Positions 9,047 to 20,885 of a stretch of DNA of 64,000 bases are shown in pieces. The stretch is from Andalucia godoyi And28. Lineage: Eukaryota > Protista > Jakobida. Below the pieces are notes generated by a model. The model did not search any database. It was not told the DNA's origin and saw only the letters and a program-made list of their open reading frames with translations. The stretch is from positions 251,500 to 315,499 of the forward strand of contig VRVR01000009.1 in NCBI GenBank assembly GCA_009859145.1, written 5' to 3'. Position 1 is the first letter of the stretch. Every line of letters begins with the position of its first letter. Made by a program: the position numbers and the translations under genes.

Positions 9047-12000
9047 TCAAACGCTCTTGTACAGTTGTTCGTGGTCATCTTCGTCTTCCGGGTCCAGGGC
9101 GTTTTTAATGCCTTCCGCAGCTTTGCTCACAGCCCCGGCCACACCTGTCAATGGGGAAACGAACGCGATGGGCACGGCACGAAGCACAGAGGATCCATCT
9201 TGGAAAGGGACAAATACCACAGCACGATAGGCATTCTCAATCCCGCCTCGGAGGTCGTCCGCTGCAAGCGACAGTCCCTCGCTGACGGAATGTGCGGTTC
9301 GGTGTGCACCATCATGAGACACCCGACCAGAAAAGGCAGCAAGCAGCGTCTGCAAGCCCGACGCAGCTTGTGATGCGACTCCGAACGCTTCCGATGTCAG
9401 ATTCTTTGCAAACGAACTGACACCCTTAGAGATACCCCGCATCAAACGCCGGTCCTTCTTGAATTGCTCAAAGGGAATGATGAACAAGTCTGCAAACCCT
9501 GAACCGACACGGTACACGGTACGAAAAGGTGGCACACCGCCAATGCACTTGTGAAGCTGGGATCTTCGAATATCAGGAATCCAAACGTTAGCAAACTGCT
9601 CAATGACTTCTGCGATCCCGGAGCAACCGCGAGCACACAAAGCACGAAAACTGAGTTCAACACCTTTCAGAGGGAAAAAATTGAGCAGCTCCAGATATCC
9701 TCCTTCTTTCAACTTCACATAGTCAACCCGTTTCGGAGCATAATCTATTTTCACGGCAGTGTCGGTCAACATTTGCACAGAAGCAAAAAATATGGGCTGA
9801 TACGTAATGGTGTCATCTGGACGACTTCCGACGACAACGATATCCGATTCGTAGTGAACAAAGAATTCCAAGAAAAAGTCCACGGCATCCTGATCAATGT
9901 TCAGACGAACCGGTAAGATATGAAACGTCAATGCATTGTGCAGCGCGGAATCCCACGAGATTCGCGCAAAGCTCGTGCCACTCTCGCGAGTTCGGCCGCC
10001 CTTGTTCCAACAGTACAGCAACTTGTTGCGCTCCGACGTCTGAATTCGATCGAAGATCTCTACATTGCGAATCGAACAGTGCAGATGAGTCTGAACATTC
10101 GATTCGGACGGGAATACAAACAGGTACAGCTCAAGACCATCAATAACGACCTCTAACATACGAGATGTATTGCGAAAGGCCAGCTCTCCCCCAAAGTCAT
10201 TCCCTCCAAACAAAGACCAAGACAATGAAACGTCCTCAAACATAATGGAAGTATGCGGCGGAAGCGAGAATGGTTTCAACATGGCTTGCACATGTGCCTG
10301 CGGGTCCTTTGCGCTGGACGAAACATAGTCCGAGACGATTTGCCACTTGGAGCCCGGTCGAAGAAATCCATCCCCGCTGCCTTGTTCTTGAACAAGATCG
10401 AACAAATACAGATCGTCACCATCGCTGACTCGTGTAGACTCGGCAACTCCAATCGGTCGACGATTTTTCCTGCTTGAAAAACGACCCGCTGATCTGGACA
10501 CGTGGTCTTCAAAAAACGAGACTCTATGATCCAAGCGCTTTGTGGAAGACGAAGGCGAAAAGAAGTTTGCAGAAAGGGCATTTAGGATATCGCTTTCCGA
10601 CTTATCCGCCGAGAAACGGATCGAAAACGCCGACGGGGTTGTGTCCAGCTCCTGCGAAACATCCACAATAGACGACGATCTCGATGCTTGCGAAGACGGT
10701 ACGGAGTCCGGGATAGTCATCGGCTCAGCAGATGATGTGCCATCACCACCTGGAACGGACGCACCAGAAACAGTTGTCGACTCATCCGCACTCAGAGATG
10801 CTACCAGGACGCTCACCGTGTGAACAAACACTGCAAAAGAATCTCTGCACGTCGAGAGACTCATTTTCCCGCCAGAGCAGAGCACCTGGGTCTCAACGTT
10901 TTCTTTCGAATAGGGCGGCTTCGGATACACCAACGTCAGTCGCACATGTTCTATTGCAAGACATGGGCAGAAATCGAGTCTCCGCAAATAGTCGTTGAAA
11001 CTAGGATTCTCATCTGCCCGAAGATGGGTCCTCTGCCGGCGCATGAGGAGGACGTCTGACAGAAAGAGAGGATGCAAGTAGAAAGTCGCACGAGAGACGT
11101 CAATCACAATTTGAGAGTCTGAAGACGGCGAAACGGCCGTGTGCAAAGCCAAACTCTCGAGCAAAATGACTGTCATGCCGTCTGATTGCGACCTTTCTGG
11201 AATGACATTGATGCAGCTGTTTGCAAAGGAAACATCGACATCAGTCAAAGACGGAGAGGAGCGCCGCGGAAAAGCAATCAGCGCGGGATCTGGATAAGAG
11301 TCTGCAGGCGACAGGGAGACAAAATTGAAAATATCGAATATCCACGTCCATTTGCCGCTTTGATTGGAGTAGTCCAGCGCGAGGGATCGGAAGCGAAACA
11401 AAACGCTCGTCTTGTTTACGCTCCACAATGGATCGAAGCACACGCGAATGTGGCCAAAACCGACAATCGATGATTTTGGCAAAGACGCAATGCGATGGGA
11501 ACTGCGGAGCAAGAAAATACTGCCAGCAGATGCAGGAGTAGTCGCTTGCGATCGAAGAAAAGCCATTTCTGCATTATCCAAAGTGTTGGATCGAAGGAAA
11601 GACAAACTTCCGACTGAAAGAAAAACGTCTGTCAAAGAGGTATTGCTCAAAATTAGTGTCTTCAGGGAGGTCGCAACGAAAATAATAGAATTAGCGTGCG
11701 GAGGCAAAAGAGAAAATTGAATGGACTGGAAGCTCAAGGATATTGCCGTTCCAGATGGTGAAGCAGACGCCGACGGAACAGCGGAAAGGCCATCCACAAC
11801 ACGGTTCAGAATGCAGACGAGACCATGAAACGTGCGATTCGAAAAATAACAATGCATTCTCGAGATTTGTATGTCCACTGACATGAAGTTTGAATCAGGG
11901 AATTCTCGCAGTGGATCTGCCACGCCACCCAACCAGGCCTGGGTGTCTGCCGTTGTCCGGAAGTGCTCATCGACGATATTCTGTTTCGACAAATCCTTGA

Positions 12001-14146
12001 AGGGGACCGTAATAGTCAGTGCTTCCGGAGACCACGCGCACGGGTTTGGATGTTTTGTTCGAAACCTCGGCACTACGTCGGGGTCCAGCACCGCATCCAT
12101 GGATTCTGTCACAATATGAACCGAGTACTCGCTTGAGACACATCGAATTTCCTTTGACGAAACGTTCATTTCAAAATCCATAGACCGAAACACCACGGAT
12201 TTGAACGCAAATGTGTCACGGAACCAAGTTCTGCTTTCTTCCTTCACAGAAAGATAGGCGTCAACGCAGCGGAAAGAGACTGTGACAGAAAAAGCATCTG
12301 CTGGAGGATCCCTTGAAGGCGAGGCATCCACCGAGGAGCCGGACGATGCAGCAAGGGCGTTCTTCAAAAAACGTGAAAGTACTTGGACTGACCACGGATC
12401 CAGAACAAGCAGCAGCACATCCGCCGAAACGACGACAGACGTGCTGCTCCCATTTGACGTATGCGCTATTCGGAAAGAACCTGGAATTGAAATAACACGC
12501 TCTTCTCGTCCGGCAGTAACCCACTCCTGAACACATTGCACGCTGCCCGCTTGAACAACCACGGTCGTGACGATAGCCTCCTGTTCTTTGGAGTAACTTC
12601 CTTGTATTGTAGTGGAGGATAGCGAAAAGGTGATGGAACTCGCGTCGGAATCAAGCACCTGATATCGCACATCGAGAGAGCGAAGAGACAGTGCAAACGT
12701 GAATTTCGGAAAAAAACTGGCACTATCGGTGTCGGCGACCACTTGACCTTGGTGTGTGACTGGGTCGTCTGAACATTCGTAAAACTCATCACTATCCGGT
12801 GATTGCGGTTCTCCAACATGCTCTGCAGACTTGCTGTTCATCAATGCTGACCGAAGGAGGACATCCGATAACGGTCGGACAACACCGTATCCGATTGCAT
12901 CATCTTTCGATACCACACTGGACACGAGCAGCGAGGCGTCGTTCAGCGCGGAGAGGAATCGATGAAGACACGCGAATGTGCGATCAGTGAAGGAGAGGAG
13001 AATATGCGGAAGAGACGTAACGATGCTAATTTCAGAAGGAGACTTGTCCGTGTTGACTGAAAACATGCAAAGAAGCGGATCTCTAGAAGAAATGCGGACA
13101 AACTCGTGGCTATGGCCACTGAAATTTCCAGGGACGACTGTCGCTCCATGAAGCGACGACGGTGCGTCAACGTCAGCATCAGAAACATCATGCTTTTCTT
13201 CTGCTGCTTCTTCCTCATCGGAGGAGAACGAAAACTCGCGTTCAGAGCGACTTTCGAAGACCACAGAAACGCCTTCTATACAAACGACCTTTTTCAGAAC
13301 TCCTTCTACCCAAGACTTTGGCTCTGATTCTCGCATTTCCGATAGTTTCTGCGAATATTTGAAGTCTTCCGTGGATCGGACCGAGAATGATTCCATCGTC
13401 AATACAACCGACGACGAAGCAGAGCTTTCCTCGTCATGGGAGTACTCCAGTTCGATGTGTAACTTCCGGAATTCTATGGTGACATTCGAAAGCAAGCGAT
13501 CCAGCAAAGATCCAATTACGGAAACGTCATCTGTGCTGTGTGCCGAACCCCGAGAAGAAGAGGTAGGTGAGCTGGCAAAATCCCCTCCATATCCCGTGGG
13601 CCTCTCGTACGCTTTCATACGATCCGACTCAAAAGCACCGCCACCGCGACCACCACGACCACCACGACCATCATCATAACCCTCATCGTCATCGCTGAAC
13701 ACATCATTCAGCAATTCATCTTTCCGGACGTCTCCGAGCAAGATGCTTCGAACAAGAATATCTTCGTTCTGCGCTAACGGGTGCTTCCGGAACGACGACT
13801 GGTGGACAGACTGTGTGCCCCACATGTCATCTGCAGACTTGAGCCTAAAGCACAAGACAGAGTCTTCAACGATGATCTGGATCGGCTGTTGGATGAGCGC
13901 AGTGAACGGGACAGAAACTGAGAGCTTGCCGAGGGTCCCACGAGTCAGCAAGAACGGAAGCGTCTCCAGTTTCTCATTCACACATGCCACATTCAAGCGC
14001 AGATCAGAAAGTGAAAACAACCCCGAGAACAGGCGAACCTCTAGGTCTTCAATGCGCACCTCATGCGATAAATACTCTCCAAACAGTCGCTTGATGAGGA
14101 ACTTGACAACTTTCTTCTCAAGCATGCCTATAAATGGAATATTCAT
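9047..14146 (-). CDS. ATG2: Autophagy-related protein 2 (lipid transfer protein), 1699 aa
   Basis: Chorein-N-like start (KFLIKRLFGEYL...LFSLSDLRLN), CAD-like IEIFDRIQTSERNKLL, KIDYAPKRVD and ATG_C-like VGSGFADLFIIPFEQFKKDRRLMRG. Confidence 0.92.
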   Translation of the reverse strand: MNIPFIGMLEKKVVKFLIKRLFGEYLSHEVRIEDLEVRLFSGLFSLSDLRLNVACVNEKLETLPFLLTRGTLGKLSVSVPFTALIQQPIQIIVEDSVLCFRLKSADDMWGTQSVHQSSFRKHPLAQNEDILVRSILLGDVRKDELLNDVFSDDDEGYDDGRGGRGGRGGGAFESDRMKAYERPTGYGGDFASSPTSSSRGSAHSTDDVSVIGSLLDRLLSNVTIEFRKLHIELEYSHDEESSASSSVVLTMESFSVRSTEDFKYSQKLSEMRESEPKSWVEGVLKKVVCIEGVSVVFESRSEREFSFSSDEEEAAEEKHDVSDADVDAPSSLHGATVVPGNFSGHSHEFVRISSRDPLLCMFSVNTDKSPSEISIVTSLPHILLSFTDRTFACLHRFLSALNDASLLVSSVVSKDDAIGYGVVRPLSDVLLRSALMNSKSAEHVGEPQSPDSDEFYECSDDPVTHQGQVVADTDSASFFPKFTFALSLRSLDVRYQVLDSDASSITFSLSSTTIQGSYSKEQEAIVTTVVVQAGSVQCVQEWVTAGREERVISIPGSFRIAHTSNGSSTSVVVSADVLLLVLDPWSVQVLSRFLKNALAASSGSSVDASPSRDPPADAFSVTVSFRCVDAYLSVKEESRTWFRDTFAFKSVVFRSMDFEMNVSSKEIRCVSSEYSVHIVTESMDAVLDPDVVPRFRTKHPNPCAWSPEALTITVPFKDLSKQNIVDEHFRTTADTQAWLGGVADPLREFPDSNFMSVDIQISRMHCYFSNRTFHGLVCILNRVVDGLSAVPSASASPSGTAISLSFQSIQFSLLPPHANSIIFVATSLKTLILSNTSLTDVFLSVGSLSFLRSNTLDNAEMAFLRSQATTPASAGSIFLLRSSHRIASLPKSSIVGFGHIRVCFDPLWSVNKTSVLFRFRSLALDYSNQSGKWTWIFDIFNFVSLSPADSYPDPALIAFPRRSSPSLTDVDVSFANSCINVIPERSQSDGMTVILLESLALHTAVSPSSDSQIVIDVSRATFYLHPLFLSDVLLMRRQRTHLRADENPSFNDYLRRLDFCPCLAIEHVRLTLVYPKPPYSKENVETQVLCSGGKMSLSTCRDSFAVFVHTVSVLVASLSADESTTVSGASVPGGDGTSSAEPMTIPDSVPSSQASRSSSIVDVSQELDTTPSAFSIRFSADKSESDILNALSANFFSPSSSTKRLDHRVSFFEDHVSRSAGRFSSRKNRRPIGVAESTRVSDGDDLYLFDLVQEQGSGDGFLRPGSKWQIVSDYVSSSAKDPQAHVQAMLKPFSLPPHTSIMFEDVSLSWSLFGGNDFGGELAFRNTSRMLEVVIDGLELYLFVFPSESNVQTHLHCSIRNVEIFDRIQTSERNKLLYCWNKGGRTRESGTSFARISWDSALHNALTFHILPVRLNIDQDAVDFFLEFFVHYESDIVVVGSRPDDTITYQPIFFASVQMLTDTAVKIDYAPKRVDYVKLKEGGYLELLNFFPLKGVELSFRALCARGCSGIAEVIEQFANVWIPDIRRSQLHKCIGGVPPFRTVYRVGSGFADLFIIPFEQFKKDRRLMRGISKGVSSFAKNLTSEAFGVASQAASGLQTLLAAFSGRVSHDGAHRTAHSVSEGLSLAADDLRGGIENAYRAVVFVPFQDGSSVLRAVPIAFVSPLTGVAGAVSKAAEGIKNALDPEDEDDHEQLYKSV

Positions 14147-14525
14147 CTTCTTTGTCCTCTTCGAAAAAGATGCATGTCGAAATCCAAGGAAAAATCGTTG
14201 GAATCCTGAAACAACACTAACTCTTTTCCGTTCTATGCTTCCGCAGTAAAAAAATGTATATATATATATGTGTGTATATGTAATTTAGAGATATGAAAAA
14301 ATAGCACTAATAAAAATGGTGATAATGTGAAGTGAGGAAAGAGAGCACATCGTTGTGGAATCGGAGCAAAGTGCCGGATCTCCATGTCGACAGATGTCGA
14401 AGTCGACATGAAACCCTGACGCAAAGAAGGTCAGCAAACACTCGTTTTCGTCTTTTGTGCTCCGTGGACTTTTTTATAAAATTCTTAAATTTTTATTCGA
14501 GTTTCTTTTTGTTTCAGAGGAGATT

Positions 14526-14528
<3 letters not shown>

Positions 14529-14562
<34 letters not shown>
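14529..14562 (+). repeat. (CA)17 microsatellite
   Basis: Read directly; 45 nt upstream of the QDPR ATG. Confidence 0.95.
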
Positions 14563-14565
<3 letters not shown>

Positions 14566-14606
14566 CTACACGGAAAATCCGCGCGAAGACAAGACAAGAA
14601 GGGAAA

Positions 14607-15317
14607 ATGCAGCGTGTATTGTGCTATGGAGGAGCTGGAGCTCTTGGTCGATCCGTGGTCGAGTATCTTGTATCGCAGTCAGTGGTCGTTTACTCGGTTG
14701 ATGTGGCTGCGAATCCTAAAGCTTCGCATTCGGTGACCGTTGATCCGACAAAGTCTCATGAGGAACAGTGCGCGACTCTGTCTTCTGACCTGTCTTCGCT
14801 CTTGCCCTCGGCACGCTCTTTGGATGCTGTGATTTGCGTGGCGGGAGGCTGGGCTGGCGGAAACGCAGCTTCAAAGTCGACAATCGCCAACACGGTGTCG
14901 ATGGTGAATGTCTCGCTCATGACTTCGGTGATTGCGGCGCACATTGCAACATTGTTTTTGCGGCCGGGCGGCCTCCTGCTTCTTACTGGGTCGCAAGCTG
15001 CACTCGGCGCGACCCCCGGGATGATTGGGTATGGCGCCGCAAAGGCCGCCGTGCATCAACTTGTAAAGTCGCTTGCCGCGCAAGGCTCTGGGCTTGCAGA
15101 GGGCGTCGCCGTCGTAGGCATCTTGCCGGAAACTCTGGATACTCCTGCGAACCGCGCTGGAATGCCAGGCGCTGACTTTTCTGCTTGGACTCCGTGTGAA
15201 GACGTTGCCAAGAAAATTGCACTCTGGGGTGCGAACACGGAAGAACGCCCGGTCTCAGGGGCGCTCGTGTCGGTCACGACTCGGGCCAGTCTCACTACAT
15301 GGTCTGTTGTCGCGTAA
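14607..15317 (+). CDS. QDPR: Dihydropteridine reductase (SDR family), 236 aa
   Basis: VLCYGGAGALG, DAVICVAGGWAGG, TPGMIGYGAAKAAVHQL, LDTPANR. Start placed at ATG 14607; the ORF track extends through the microsatellite. Confidence 0.95.
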   Translation: MQRVLCYGGAGALGRSVVEYLVSQSVVVYSVDVAANPKASHSVTVDPTKSHEEQCATLSSDLSSLLPSARSLDAVICVAGGWAGGNAASKSTIANTVSMVNVSLMTSVIAAHIATLFLRPGGLLLLTGSQAALGATPGMIGYGAAKAAVHQLVKSLAAQGSGLAEGVAVVGILPETLDTPANRAGMPGADFSAWTPCEDVAKKIALWGANTEERPVSGALVSVTTRASLTTWSVVA

Positions 15318-15562
15318 ACACACCTCTTTATGACTATGACTATGATTATGATTTGGGAGGTGCAGGGAATTGCCATGGCAGGGGTCTCGGTGTGTGACAG
15401 TCTGTCAAAATCACGTGGCATGCACATTGTGTGGACTCAAAACAAGAGAAAAAGAAACCAACAAAGAATGAAAAGGAACAAATGAAGAAGAATGTGCACA
15501 AAACGAACGACGGGTCAATATGTATGTACGGTGTGCCATCATTGTTGGCGTTGCTGTTGTTG

Positions 15563-16774
15563 TTATCTATTACTCGAATGTACGCCAGAACAAGCCCACG
15601 AACCCCCGGGCTTCAGACTCCAGAATCGTACTGTGGCATCGTCGCCAGCAGACGAGAGAACGGTTCCCGTGGCATTGAAATCGATCTTTTGCACCTCTGC
15701 ATTGTGGTCGAGAAATCTCCCAACGCAGTCCGAGACCCATTTCACTGTTGAATCCACCCGTTTCTGCGAGACCTGGAATATCTGTACAGCGCCATCCTTG
15801 CCGCACGAAGCAACCAGATGAAACGACCTTCCCATCGATGGAGCCCACGACACCCCGGTCACTGCTCCCACATGCGAGCCAACATTGCACATTAATGCCC
15901 ACCCTCGAGAATTTGGTAGCTGCTCCCACATCGTGACACCTCCTCGTCCATCACCCACAAGGATGACAGCATTCTCTGGCGACATTCTCGACGGACACCA
16001 CCCGATGCACGTGCATCCATCTCGACTTACCTCAAACTCGTCCATCAGCTGCCAATACGTCAACTTTGACATATCTGAGCATTGATATACTCGAACAAAC
16101 CCGTCCAAAGAACACAGCGCGAGCTTAAGCCCCATGTGTCGCGGAGCAAACTTCACGTCCAAAACAGAATCTCTCGAGTCGAGCAGCTTTGTCTTTTCAT
16201 CCCAGCCGCGGATCTTTTCGTGAGCACCGCCCGATGGCCCTCCCCCAGTGGAAGACGCGACTGTTGTGGACCCTGATGCTGCTGATCCTGATCCTGATCC
16301 TGATCCGGACGACGATGATGATGATGATGACGACGACGACGACGAAGAAGAGGTGGGAGGGCCTCCGGATGCAGAATTTGTTTGCAGTTGCGATGCAGAA
16401 CTTGTCTTTTCAAAAGAATCCAAAGGCTCCATCCACACCTTGACCGACCTGTCCATGGAAGACGAAGCCAGGATCTGTCCGAATTCCGGGTGCGCCCACG
16501 AGACCTTGTACACCGGCCCGTCATGGCACGTCCACTCGGCAGCGCAAAAGTACTGCTGATGACTGCTGCTGCTGCTGCTGCTACTGTTGCTGCTGCTCCC
16601 CGTGGCACTCGTGACGGGGTTTGGAGACGCGCGCTGATCCCACACGCGAATGGCCCCATCCGATCCACACGTTGCCAATCGTCGTCCATAGTAGTCGTAT
16701 TCCGCACAGTGAATAACCTCCTTGTGCTGACTGTCAAACACACACGCTGGTCGAAACACGGAACTGTATTCCAT
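15563..16774 (-). CDS. SEH1: Nucleoporin/GATOR2 subunit SEH1 (WD40)
   Basis: H-x-E-x-IH...YDYYGRRLATCGSD, VSWAHPEFGQILASSSMDRSVKVW, DVKFAPRHMGLKLA, VSWAPSMGRSFHLVAS; carries Ser/Gly-rich insertions. Confidence 0.92.
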   Translation of the reverse strand: MEYSSVFRPACVFDSQHKEVIHCAEYDYYGRRLATCGSDGAIRVWDQRASPNPVTSATGSSSNSSSSSSSSHQQYFCAAEWTCHDGPVYKVSWAHPEFGQILASSSMDRSVKVWMEPLDSFEKTSSASQLQTNSASGGPPTSSSSSSSSSSSSSSSGSGSGSGSAASGSTTVASSTGGGPSGGAHEKIRGWDEKTKLLDSRDSVLDVKFAPRHMGLKLALCSLDGFVRVYQCSDMSKLTYWQLMDEFEVSRDGCTCIGWCPSRMSPENAVILVGDGRGGVTMWEQLPNSRGWALMCNVGSHVGAVTGVSWAPSMGRSFHLVASCGKDGAVQIFQVSQKRVDSTVKWVSDCVGRFLDHNAEVQKIDFNATGTVLSSAGDDATVRFWSLKPGGSWACSGVHSSNR

Positions 16775-16979
16775 TCTCTTCTCTTTCCTTTCCTTTTCTT
16801 TCTGATTCTCGAATCAGCAAGACCACACGCAATTGTCCTCGAAAACGTTTTCTGCTTCATTTGCGCCATGCAGCTCGTGCACAAAATCAAGCAAAAAAAA
16901 AAAATCAGCAGCAGCTGGCATCAATTGAGCCTGGGACATGTAAAACAGAAACACATTTAACCCTCCTCCCCTATCGGAA

Positions 16980-16987
16980 AAACCCTA
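16980..16987 (+). promoter_or_regulatory. Telo-box-like motif AAACCCTA upstream of SEH1
   Basis: Exact octamer about 205 nt upstream of the SEH1 start; function inferred by analogy with plants. Confidence 0.3.
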
Positions 16988-17143
16988 GCCTTCCCTCTCT
17001 CTCTCCCTTCCCCCAACGCCCGGTCTTCTCATGGTTTTCCCCCAACCACATCCACACACTTGGATGATGAACCAAAAAACCAAAAAGGCTGATTCGTTCG
17101 CAGAACACCGAATCTCCCGTTTTTTTTTTTGCACGTCTTTTGC

Positions 17144-17176
<33 letters not shown>

Positions 17177-17607
17177 GATAATTAATATTCATATAATAAT
17201 AATTTGATTTGATATATATATATATATATTGTTGCCCTCTTGTTTTTTTCTGACCTTCGGCTTCCTCGTGCAGATTCAATTTACTCAGTCGTTGGACACT
17301 CTTCTCTGTTCTCCTGTGTCCTTCTCTCTCTCTTTGGATCGTTCGTCTGTGTGTGCCGATCTGAACATTTTTTTCTAAATACCATTCTTTTTCATTTTTA
17401 TTTTCATTTAAATTTTAAATTCTTGCTTCTTTCTTTCTTTCTGTTCTGTTCTGTTCTGTTCCGTTGCAATTCTTGTTCTGGATCGTGCGTGGTGGTGGTT
17501 ATTCTTCTTGTTATTCTTCTTGTTATTCTTCTTGTTATTCTTCTTGCTAGAGTAATTGTTGCTTGTTTGGTGCGCTTTACGATTGCGTTTACAAATAGAG
17601 TGGAAGA

Positions 17608-18672
17608 ATGTCTAAGCCCCAAAGTGCATCTTATCATCATCCTTATCAGTCACAACCTCTGAATTCGCAACTGCAACCATCTCAACCACAGTCACAGTCA
17701 CAGTCACAGTCACAGTCGCAGTCGCAGTCGCAACAACATTCATCGTCTTTTACAATGCTGCAATCGCCGCTGTCGCTTCCTTGTTCTCCTGGACCGACGT
17801 TCTTGGATAATGCTCCACCGCCTCTGTCCGTCGTGATCGCTCCGTCTCCATACGCTTCGCATGGACCAATGTCCCTCACCTCGCTTTCGCATTCGCAGTT
17901 TCAGCAGTTCCAATCGCACCAATATCAGCACCATCAACATCAACCACAGCAACATCACCAGCAACACCAGCAGCAGCATCATCATCATCACCAACAGCAG
18001 CAACAACAACAACAGATGATGATGAACCCATTTGTTATTGGACCTTCTTCGGTGTATTCGACGAATGTTCTGCAGTCGCCATCAGTGATGGATGTTCTTC
18101 CCACGCCGGCTTCTTCGTTGTTCCCAACGACGGTTTCGCCACGATCACAGTCAGCATTCCATTATCCTGCAGTGTCCACCACCTCTTCTTCTTCTTCCTC
18201 CTCCTCGTCATCATCATCGTCGATTCCGTCGGCATCGACTTCTACCTTGTTTTCGTCTTCAAATAACGGCATTCCTGCTTCACCGCAGTATTCGAAGAAC
18301 AGTAGTAGCAGTAACAACAACAGCAACAACAACATTAGCAGCAGCAGCAACATCAGCAACAACAGTAGCGGTAACTGTGGCAGCGTGAATTACAGCAACC
18401 AGGCTGGCGCAGCAGTGGCAGGGGCTCCATCGACCGCATTACCAAGCGCAGGAGTGTTGACATCGTCTATTTTTGGAGCTGGGAGTGCGATGCCTGCGTT
18501 CAACATGATGACTCCTACAACAAACTCGAATCCACCAACGCCAATGTCGTTTTCCGTGTTGTCAGGGGGATCGCTTAGCTTGAATAATGGGAATGTGGCT
18601 GGTGAGGATTCGGCCTCGCATGCAAGTAATCTGATTGTCACACACAACCATGGCAGCCATCTCCACCAATAT

Positions 18673-18740
<68 letters not shown>

Positions 18741-19722
18741 TTTGCAGCATCATCAACATTTACCGCAGCAGCCACAACATCTAAATACAAATGCAGGTCT
18801 TACCAGCAATGGCGGTGGACTGGCCAAACTTTCTGTATTCACGTCTGAGAAGGAGCTAGAGTTGCATCGAAGAGTGTCCGACACCTCGGAGTCCTTGTCG
18901 AACCAGCACATCATGCATGTACAACATCATTCGCAGCCACCGCAAATGCTGCAACAGCAGCAGCAACTCCTTCTTCTTCAGCAGCAGCAGCAACAGCAGC
19001 AGCAATTGTTATCCGGAGCGTCTGGTGTATCAACTACTGACGGGAGGTCTTCATCATCTTTTGGAAGTGGGGGAAAATCAGATACGAGCTCGTTCTCGGA
19101 AGGTGCGAAGATTCCTTTTGCGTCGGCGTTTTCCACGCTGGTGTCTGGTCTAGGCAAGTTCAAGCCAAATCCGAAAGTGCAGCCTCGTGGAGAGTCGTTG
19201 TATCCGTTGGCGTCCGCTCAGCCATCGCCCCTTTTCCCACTTCGCACACCCCGAATCGAAACACTGACTCCGGGTTCCATGTATATTCCAGGGTCTGCAG
19301 ATTCCGAGATTGGCAATGATCCGAGGTCTGGACACGGCGGAAAGCTGATGCATGCCGGCGGCATTCTCGGTGGAGATGATCACCCAGATGGTGAAGTCGA
19401 TGTTGTGGATGGCGACAAGCAGCACATCTGCCCATACCCGAACTGCGGAAAGGTTTTTGGGCACCCAACCAACTTGCGGCGCCATCTGCGCGTACATACA
19501 GGGGAGAAGCCTTTCCAATGCAGACATACCGGATGTGACAAGACATTCGCGCGAAGATGCGATTTGCTAACACACGAAAGAACCCACACCGGAGAGAGGC
19601 CGTATGTTTGCTCCGTCAAGGGCTGTGGAAAGTCGTTTACTACTTGCTCCAACTTGCGGCGGCATGAGAAGACGCACGGCATTGAGCACCATGACTCGCC
19701 TGCCGGTGACGATGCAGAGTAA
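17608..19722 (+). CDS. C2H2 zinc-finger transcription factor with three C-terminal fingers and polyQ/polyS tracts, 704 aa
   Basis: CPYPNC..H..H, CRHTGC..H..H and CSVKGC..H..H joined by TGEKP/TGERP linkers. Confidence 0.92.
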
Positions 19723-19915
19723 TTCCAGGAAGGGAAAGGGGGAGGAAGGAAAAAAAAAAAAAAGAAAGAAAAAGAAAAAGCCAGAAAATGCAGACTTATT
19801 AAAAATAATAATAAAAAATTTAAAAACGACATTCTGAACGATAAGAGTGTTTCATTTTTTCCTTCTTCAGCCTATCTATCTGCTACACATGTAATACAAG
19901 CAAGGGGAGTTTCGC

Positions 19916-20692
19916 TCACTTCTTGAGGCGGGCGTCACGCTCCTGGATGATGGACTTCTTGACACCCTTGTCCTTCGGGAGGGAAATCCAAGACTCCTTA
20001 CCCTTTCCGATAACGAAAACGTTGGCAATACGGGTGGAGAACTCGTGTCCGGCAGCATCACGAAGATGGATGATGTCGAACGCACCTGGGTGGCGTTCAC
20101 GGTGAACAAACTCACCAACACGGCCGATGTTGGCACCTCCGGTGACAATGGCTACATTGCCAACTTCGAACTTTGCAAAGTCCACAACCTTGCCCGAGGC
20201 AAGATCAACCTTGACAGTGTCGTTCACGCAGATTGTCGGGTCAGAGTAGCGGAAAGTGCGTCCGTCGTTGGTGGCAATGTACGGGATGTCCTTGTCGCCA
20301 ACAGAGTTCTTGACAACGCGGCACAGCTTGAACGATGCCTCTGCCTCGTTGATGCGGTGGAGAGTAAAGCGCCCCTTGGTGTCGTAGATCAAGCGGAAGG
20401 TGTCATTGACACGGTCGATCTGGACAACGTCGAAAACTCCGGTCGGGTAGTTGACATCCGTGCGAACCTTTCCGTCAACTTTGACCAAACGCTGCATAAC
20501 AATCTGAATAGCCTCACGACGAGTCAAGGCGTACTTCAGGCGGTTGCGGAGCAAGAGAACCATGGGAATGCACTCACGCAGCTTGTGGGGTCCTGCAGAA
20601 GGACGGGGTGCCCAGACTCCTCCCATCTTGGAAAGCATCCAGTGGGACGGAGCATTCAAACGCTTCAAGTGGTGCTTGGGTCCTCGAACCAT
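19916..20692 (-). CDS. RPS4: 40S ribosomal protein S4 (eS4)
   Basis: [46 protein letters not shown]. Confidence 0.98.
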   Translation of the reverse strand: MVRGPKHHLKRLNAPSHWMLSKMGGVWAPRPSAGPHKLRECIPMVLLLRNRLKYALTRREAIQIVMQRLVKVDGKVRTDVNYPTGVFDVVQIDRVNDTFRLIYDTKGRFTLHRINEAEASFKLCRVVKNSVGDKDIPYIATNDGRTFRYSDPTICVNDTVKVDLASGKVVDFAKFEVGNVAIVTGGANIGRVGEFVHRERHPGAFDIIHLRDAAGHEFSTRIANVFVIGKGKESWISLPKDKGVKKSIIQERDARLKK

Positions 20693-20868
20693 CCTCTATT
20701 ATCAAATGTATGCCGGAAGCAAGAGAACGACAACGCAGAAAGCAGACAGGAGAAAAGAAAAACGGAAAAAAGAAAGAGAAACGGGGTGACCTAAGACAAC
20801 AGTCCATTCCCCAAATTACATACTGCACCATATGGGAATGAAAAGAGGTGAAGACCTTCTCCAATGAA

Positions 20869-20885
20869 AAACCCTACAAACCCTA
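20869..20885 (+). promoter_or_regulatory. Two tandem telo-box-like motifs (AAACCCTA) in the RPS4/RPF2 divergent promoter
   Basis: AAACCCTA at 20869-20876 and 20878-20885. Confidence 0.45.

Noticed and set aside
14383-14410. Perfect 9-bp inverted repeat CATGTCGAC/GTCGACATG (a similar 9-bp repeat lies at 38313-38356)
   Set aside because: About 7 such repeats with spacers up to 30 nt are expected by chance in 64 kb (64000 x 30 / 4^9); no other support.
17499-17547. Short tandem arrays (TTATTCTTCTTG)4, (TTCGACA)n, (CAAGCAA)n and (CTGATT)n as CRISPR-like arrays
   Set aside because: No unique spacers and no cas genes; these are simple repeats in a eukaryotic genome.
20045-20794. Long antisense and alternate-frame ORFs (for example 211-834, 20045-20794, 34531-34974, 60272-61231, 61307-62164)
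   Set aside because: They overlap well-supported genes on the opposite strand and have no recognisable motifs.
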